DNA of 32,000 nucleotides from Vibrio vulnificus CMCP6 (GTDB lineage Bacteria; Pseudomonadota; Gammaproteobacteria; Enterobacterales; Vibrionaceae): NCBI RefSeq assembly GCF_000039765.1, contig NC_004460.2, positions 1,290,001 to 1,322,000 of the forward strand, read 5' to 3'. Shown piece by piece: positions 27,258 to 32,000 of this stretch (position 1 is its first letter; each line of letters starts with the position of its first letter). The notes under the pieces were generated by a model. It saw only the letters and a program-made list of their open reading frames with translations, ran no database searches and was not told where the DNA came from. The position numbers and the translations under genes were made by a program.

Positions 27258-27767
27258 TTAGTTGGACGAATTGAAATGCTCGCTGAGTGCAGCACGGCGA
27301 TTTTGTGCGCCTCCTGAGGCACTCTCCGTGATGGTGTCTTCATAGCCTTTTTTGACAAAACGTTGTACGGGAGTGGCGGGTTGCAAGCGTCGTAGTTGCG
27401 GAGAGGATTCGCTGCCAGCGACTTGATAAATGGTGAGGCCATTGCCAGTTTCGACAATGATGCGTTTGCCATCAAACTGATATTGAGTGGCCACCAAGCG
27501 ATTGTTGCGAAAAACGCCCTGTTCAGAAAGTGTCAAACGCTCCGTCAGATAGGGTGGTGCGCCGATCTCAATCCATTCACCATAGACATTCACGGGATCA
27601 ACATAGAGTTGGTATTCTGAGTAGATTCGGAAGGAAAAATAACCCGTCAACAGCAGAAAAAAAAACACAAATAGCCCTCGAAACATCGCCAGCTTGTTGT
27701 TAATGCGTTTTTCGGCTTGTTGTTCGATACGATTGTTTTTACTGTTTTGCGTGGATTTCTTAACCAT
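27258..27767 (-). CDS. Hypothetical N-terminally anchored (single-TM) protein, 169 aa
   Basis: ATG at 27767 (MVKKSTQNSK...) is followed by the TM segment FRGLFVFFFLLLTGYFSF. The upstream part of the track ORF starts at a TTG and lacks coding character. Confidence 0.7.
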   Translation of the reverse strand: MVKKSTQNSKNNRIEQQAEKRINNKLAMFRGLFVFFFLLLTGYFSFRIYSEYQLYVDPVNVYGEWIEIGAPPYLTERLTLSEQGVFRNNRLVATQYQFDGKRIIVETGNGLTIYQVAGSESSPQLRRLQPATPVQRFVKKGYEDTITESASGGAQNRRAALSEHFNSSN

Positions 27768-27982
27768 ATTGCGCTTCCTTGTCTTGTTAATAGTGGTTTT
27801 TAAGGGGCTATTTGGCAAATTTTCAGTGTCAAACTTTGAACCAAGCGCATAGCCAAGAGAAAGGGCGGTGAGGCTGCGCACAATGAATGCTTGAGGAGAG
27901 GGAAAAAACAGGTTACAAAGAGTGCCTATCGTCGTAATTTTGGGTGCTGGAATAAAGAGAGCACTCTGTTTAAGGATAAACA

Positions 27983-28264
27983 ATGATTAAAGAAAACAGC
28001 TATTTTGCCGGAAATGTAAAGTCTCTTGGGTTCAATCAGCAAGGTGAAGACAGCAGTGTGGGTGTGATGCTCCCTGGTAACTACACCTTTGGTACTGATG
28101 CTCCAGAGCGTATGACGGTGGTGAAAGGGGCGCTCGTGATTAAACGCGAAGGCGATGAAGAGTGGAGCACGTATCAAGCGGGTGAAGCGTTTGAAGTGGC
28201 TGGAAAATCTTCTTTTGATCTGCAAGTTGAAGTCGCGACAGCTTACCTATGTGAGTACTTGTAA
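27983..28264 (+). CDS. ppnP: Pyrimidine/purine nucleoside phosphorylase PpnP (YaiE, DUF1255)
   Basis: 93 aa, collinear with E. coli YaiE as recalled (NSYF.GNVKS.GF....VGVM.PG.YTF.T..PE.MTV..GAL...YLC.YL). Confidence 0.92.
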   Translation: MIKENSYFAGNVKSLGFNQQGEDSSVGVMLPGNYTFGTDAPERMTVVKGALVIKREGDEEWSTYQAGEAFEVAGKSSFDLQVEVATAYLCEYL

Positions 28265-28297
28265 GCGCACACTTGGCTCAATAGAAGCATCGAATGA

Positions 28298-28323
28298 AAA
28301 AGCTCGGCATTGGCCGAGCTTTG
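28298..28323. terminator. Bidirectional terminator between ppnP and the pirin gene
   Basis: AAAGCTCGGC, loop ATTG, GCCGAGCTTT. It has an A-run upstream and TTGTTGTTT downstream. Confidence 0.75.
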
Positions 28324-28359
28324 TTGTTTGTACGCCGCGAAACGGATCCTTGGCTGCGT

Positions 28360-29205
28360 TTAGTCGACAAAATGGCCAGAATTGTAGTCATTAATCGCTT
28401 GGTTAATTTCATCGACACTGTTCATCACAAATGGTCCATAGTGGACGATGGGCTCACGAATGGGCTCTCCTGCAAAAATCAGCACACCACAGTTGGGGCT
28501 TGCGGTCAGTTTGAGCACGTCACCTTCACTCATCAAGCCAAGGTGGCCTTGAGTGAGTTTTTGGCCGTCAATAGAGACTGCCCCCTCATAAACAAATACC
28601 ATGCATTGAAAGTGATGACTTACTTTAGCGATCAAGGTCGTTGGAGTCTCGGCGCGCCAATCGGCGACAGTGAGAGGGACTCCTGTCTCGGTCAATGGTC
28701 CTGACAATATTCTGCCGTTAACCTCAAGCTCGCCCGCAATAACACGAAGTAAATCATGCTGCTCACTGCGATATTCGGTAATGCTCTCAGGCTGAAAATC
28801 ATGATAGCGAGCTGGCATCATCTTTTTCGCTGCAGGTTGATTGATCCAAATCTGAAAACCATGCAATTGCCCTTCCGTCATTATGGGCATTTCACTGTGA
28901 ATGACTCCTCGACCTGCGGCCATCCATTGAGCACCACCACTTCTCAGCTCGCCCACATTACCCATATGATCTTTGTGCTGAAAGTGCCCATTAAGCATAT
29001 AGGTTAAGGTTTCAATGCCGCGATGTGGGTGCGGAGGAAAGCCACCAATATAGTCAGCAGAGTCTTCAGATTTCAGTTCGTCAATCATCAGGAAGGGTGA
29101 AAAATCTGGGCATTCAAAGCCTGCTAAACGGGTGATGTTGACACCATCACCATCTTTGGTCGCAATCGATTCGCGGATCTGTTTGAGTGCTCGAACTTTG
29201 GCCAT
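28360..29205 (-). CDS. Pirin-family protein (bicupin)
   Basis: The pirin N-terminal signature GFPPHPHRGIETLTYML and the second cupin half are present. SD GGAG lies 6 nt upstream. Confidence 0.93.
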   Translation of the reverse strand: MAKVRALKQIRESIATKDGDGVNITRLAGFECPDFSPFLMIDELKSEDSADYIGGFPPHPHRGIETLTYMLNGHFQHKDHMGNVGELRSGGAQWMAAGRGVIHSEMPIMTEGQLHGFQIWINQPAAKKMMPARYHDFQPESITEYRSEQHDLLRVIAGELEVNGRILSGPLTETGVPLTVADWRAETPTTLIAKVSHHFQCMVFVYEGAVSIDGQKLTQGHLGLMSEGDVLKLTASPNCGVLIFAGEPIREPIVHYGPFVMNSVDEINQAINDYNSGHFVD

Positions 29206-29384
29206 TATTTGCTCCAGTGGATGTAGAGAATACGGTGTGTTTTGTATCAGTTTAGTGGCGATTCACAGCAAGAGCAGGTGAAAAATTTGTTCACCCTATT
29301 CGAAAGTTTTGAATTATGAGAGGTGATTCGAATGGCTGAAAACGCTTTTGTCTATACTTGAAAGAGAAAGATAGGAGGTGCCCT

Positions 29385-29660
29385 TTGTCTGTTCAACCAA
29401 AACATGGAGACCGACCCCCTAGATATGACGCGCCAGATTTAACGTCTGAACAGCGCCATCGCTTTACCTCGGTGGCAAATCAGGCTCAGGCACGTAGGGA
29501 ACGATTGGAAGAAGAGCCGACCATCATTGAAACGGCAAGACGTGCGGCATTGAAGCCAGTGGTTAAACCGCGTCCTGATAAGCCGAATCGCGTTCGCTAC
29601 GCCATCTGGTTGTGTACATTTTTGTTGGTCTGTCTCTGGCTGATGTATATGTCTGGCTGA
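29385..29660 (+). CDS. Small C-terminally anchored hypothetical protein (about 91 aa), probable TTG start
   Basis: A perfect AGGAGG (29373-29378) lies 6 nt before an in-frame TTG at 29385. The N-terminal part is basic and Pro-rich, and a single C-terminal TM segment is present (YAIWLCTFLLVCLWLMYM). The track start at 29358 is also a TTG but has no SD. Confidence 0.5.
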   Translation: MSVQPKHGDRPPRYDAPDLTSEQRHRFTSVANQAQARRERLEEEPTIIETARRAALKPVVKPRPDKPNRVRYAIWLCTFLLVCLWLMYMSG

Positions 29661-29678
29661 TGAGGCTGACGATTCTGC

Positions 29679-30875
29679 TTATTCTGCCGATGAGTTCGCT
29701 TTTTTGATAAAGAGTGACACATTGCCCGTTGGTGGCAAGGGCTCACTGTTCGTCATTTTTTTTTGTGGCAGAGGCGGCGTGCAGTTTTCGTAATAGGCGT
29801 ACTGGTTTTTGCCTGAATGCTTGGCGGAATACATCGCTTTGTCCGCACAACGGGTTAACTCAGACAGTTCAAAAGCGTCTTGCTGATAAATTGCCGCGCC
29901 GACACTGAGTGTCAGTTCATTGATTCTTTCATGCGCTAAGTAACCCGTAGTAAATAAGCCGACAATGCGTTGCAGAATTTTGTCGAGGTCTTGCTTGGTT
30001 TTCACATCGTAAAGCATCAGCACAAATTCATCTCCGGCAAAACGTGCGATTGAATAATCGTGCTTATCCGTTCTGCGATTTTTGTTGCGGACGTTGTTCT
30101 TCAAACGGTTGGCAAAGTGTTGCAAGACGCGATCTCCCACGTCGTGGCCATACGCGTCGTTGATGTGTTTAAAGTTATCGATATCGAGAAAAACCAATGC
30201 AGTGATGCATGTGCTCGGTGTGGCATCTATCTCCCGCAGTTTATCTTTTGCCCAGTTTTCAAAACTCCAACGGTTTGCTAAACCCGTCAGTTGATCGAGG
30301 TAGGCAAGATCCTCAATCCCTTCTTGGTATAGGCTCTGAATATAGTGAACCACTTTGCTGTAGTAGTAGGTTGATGTGTGACAGACAATACAGGTTGCGA
30401 TGAGGGCGATAAAAAACTGGGTTGTATCGAGTAGCCCCGTCAGCACCACTGTTTTGGCAAAAAACAGTGAATAGGCGACGATAAAACAGAAAGAACCACT
30501 CAGCAGCAAGCCAATATTGAAGCTGTTGATCAGAATGACGGTGGCTAACAGTGGGAAAAGGACCAACATTTTGTCAGCAGTTGCATCGCCATATAAAAAC
30601 AGCAACAGCGCATCCAATAACATCAAACAACTGAGGACTAAATCTGCGTAGAGTGGGTTTTCTACCGACTTGATGTACAAGAAATTGCCCAAACAAATCA
30701 TGGCTGCCAAACCATTTAAAGCGGCTAAAGCCAAGTCCGATTGCGCAAACTGTTCGATCGCACAGTAGAAAAACATCACGGAAGCGGCAACGGAACACAG
30801 ACCAACAATTTTCTTCTTTCTTGTTGATCGAATGTCTGCCATTTCTTCAAGATGTTGCCCTACTAATTTAGTCAT
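29679..30875 (-). CDS. Membrane-bound diguanylate cyclase (multi-TM N-terminus + GGDEF domain with an AGDEF variant active site)
   Basis: About 5-6 N-terminal TM helices. The GGDEF-domain blocks are LTGLANR, FLDIDNFKHINDAYGHDVGD and RFAGDEFVL. AGDEF is encoded at 30024-30038 (checked). Confidence 0.9.
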   Translation of the reverse strand: MTKLVGQHLEEMADIRSTRKKKIVGLCSVAASVMFFYCAIEQFAQSDLALAALNGLAAMICLGNFLYIKSVENPLYADLVLSCLMLLDALLLFLYGDATADKMLVLFPLLATVILINSFNIGLLLSGSFCFIVAYSLFFAKTVVLTGLLDTTQFFIALIATCIVCHTSTYYYSKVVHYIQSLYQEGIEDLAYLDQLTGLANRWSFENWAKDKLREIDATPSTCITALVFLDIDNFKHINDAYGHDVGDRVLQHFANRLKNNVRNKNRRTDKHDYSIARFAGDEFVLMLYDVKTKQDLDKILQRIVGLFTTGYLAHERINELTLSVGAAIYQQDAFELSELTRCADKAMYSAKHSGKNQYAYYENCTPPLPQKKMTNSEPLPPTGNVSLFIKKANSSAE

Positions 30876-31522
30876 TTTTGTCCTTTACGTTGTTCTTTCG
30901 TCGCTTTCCTGCCACTTAATTCTAGGTGAGAAATAGAAGTTTGAAGGAATATCACGTTACTTTTAATGTGATAAGAACCATGTTTTATATGAATTTTATT
31001 GCTCATTGTGTAATTACCGAAAGGGGAAAGAGTGACAAAGAACAGGTTCACAAAGCCTTACTAGCCACGTGTTTCAAGCCATTGACGAGCGAGCGAGGCT
31101 GCTAAGAGACTGCAACTAGATATAACTGGTGGTTATGATTTCTTGCTTTTAATGCGTAAAAAATCTAAGAGAAAAGATAGGGTTTTGAGCTAATTAAAAA
31201 AGAGTGAGCTTTAAAGTAAATTTGAGTCGAATTCTTTAAATAACAATATCTTAAATTAATATCTAATAACTGTTTTGATAGATTTCGGCGCAAATAATTT
31301 AGTATGAGTAGTTAGTTGAGCTGAATTGTTTAGGTTTTTGTGAATATTAGCCATTTCTAAATAGCAACCATATTTATAAGTTTTGTCTAAATAAATCATG
31401 TCTAAAGTATTGAATTTTATTTAATTTAACTCTCATTTGTTTGTTTTTTTAGTTGAAAGTAGTGTTTTTGTAAAAGAAGATGTTGATTCATTATTATTTG
31501 TGTTTTTTAAAGGCCTAAATAT

Positions 31523-32000
31523 ATGGATTATAAATACAATGGCGTTGGTGTGTTGCTTATACTCGCAACAGCTTCGTTTGTAAGCCCCTATGTATCTTCT
31601 TCTACTTTCATCGATGACTCTGAGCGAAGAAATACCATTGGTGTGGAAAATTCTGGTGTAGCATCAGTAGGGATTGATGGGAACGCCAAATACTATTATT
31701 CCATCCCAGTACCACTAGGCGTGAACTCTTTTACCCCTGAATTAGGTATTCCTATAGCTCTAGTGCGCAGAATGGTGATTTGGGTGTTGGTTGGTCTCTT
31801 AGTGGTGTAGAAAGTATCACTCGTTGTAAAGGTAGCTATTTTGTTGATGGGAATAATGTCGCGGTAACAGGTCAAAAGTCTGATAAGTTCTGTTTTAATG
31901 GCATGCGACTAGTCAATGTAGAAGGGCAGTACGGGGCTGCTGAAACAGAATATCGAACCTTAAGTGATACATATAAAAAAATAGTGTTGCACAGAAGCAT
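31523..32000 (+). pseudogene. 5' part of an SpvB/TcaC-N-terminal-domain (Tc-toxin / Rhs-type) gene, apparently frameshifted near 31745-31755; runs off the window
   Basis: The frame-1 ORF (31523-31810) gives a signal-like N-terminus and ...YYSIPVPLGVNSFTPELGI. The conserved continuation YSSSAQNGDLGVGWSLSGVESITRCKGSYFVDG...FCFNGMRLV is in the +2 frame. That frame is open from 31741 to the window end and is closed upstream by TGA at 31738-31740. Confidence 0.55.

Noticed and set aside
27768-27983. 72-aa N-terminal extension (TTG start) of the 27258-27767 gene, overlapping the ppnP start
   Set aside because: The upstream part lacks an SD and lacks coding-like composition. The internal ATG at 27767 precedes a typical basic N-terminus followed by a TM anchor.
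1-32000. Search by eye for CRISPR arrays, integron attC (VCR) repeats, IS inverted repeats, and tRNA or rRNA genes
   Set aside because: No regularly spaced direct repeats, no transposase or integrase ORFs and no cloverleaf-like sequences were found. This was a visual check only; running tRNAscan, an Infernal scan and a repeat finder would be definitive.

Overview
The window looks like an ordinary, densely coding Vibrio-type (Vibrionaceae) chromosomal segment. G+C is mid-40s % by eye. All family assignments come from motif recognition in the translations; no database search was possible. About 31 protein genes are supportable.

Genes in order: the 3' end of a LytS-type histidine kinase plus a LytTR response regulator; an sCache/HAMP chemoreceptor; an HExxH lipoprotein; two tandem gltS sodium/glutamate symporter paralogs; a 288-aa protein with a tandem winged-helix-like repeat; nagB; a three-gene operon (DUF413/MaoP-like, GshB-type ATP-grasp ligase, FGase + QEGLA/DUF1704 hydrolase) divergent from an HdfR-like LysR regulator; an Ada(N)-AraC-AlkA fusion plus ogt; a YitT-family membrane protein; a GFA-family protein; nhaD; an acyltransferase-3 gene; a TetR regulator plus an alpha/beta hydrolase; a ChiA-type GH18 chitinase; ppnP; pirin; and an AGDEF-variant diguanylate cyclase. 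The window ends in a very AT-rich stretch followed by the 5' end of an SpvB/TcaC-N-domain (Tc-toxin/Rhs-type) gene that appears frameshifted.

The best candidate for an undescribed system is the translationally coupled operon at 10337-13720. It pairs a ligase that extends C-terminal carboxylates with a MATCAP-like metallopeptidase fused to an FGase domain, and it is co-translated with a small protein that has an acidic C-terminal tail.

Other items worth a second look:
- a promoter-to-terminator unit of about 255 nt (4389-4645) upstream of gltS, which could be an sRNA or a leader;
- an unlisted 37-codon membrane ORF with a strong Shine-Dalgarno (SD) sequence;
- several operator-like palindromes.

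No CRISPR array, tRNA, rRNA, IS element or integron repeat was seen.
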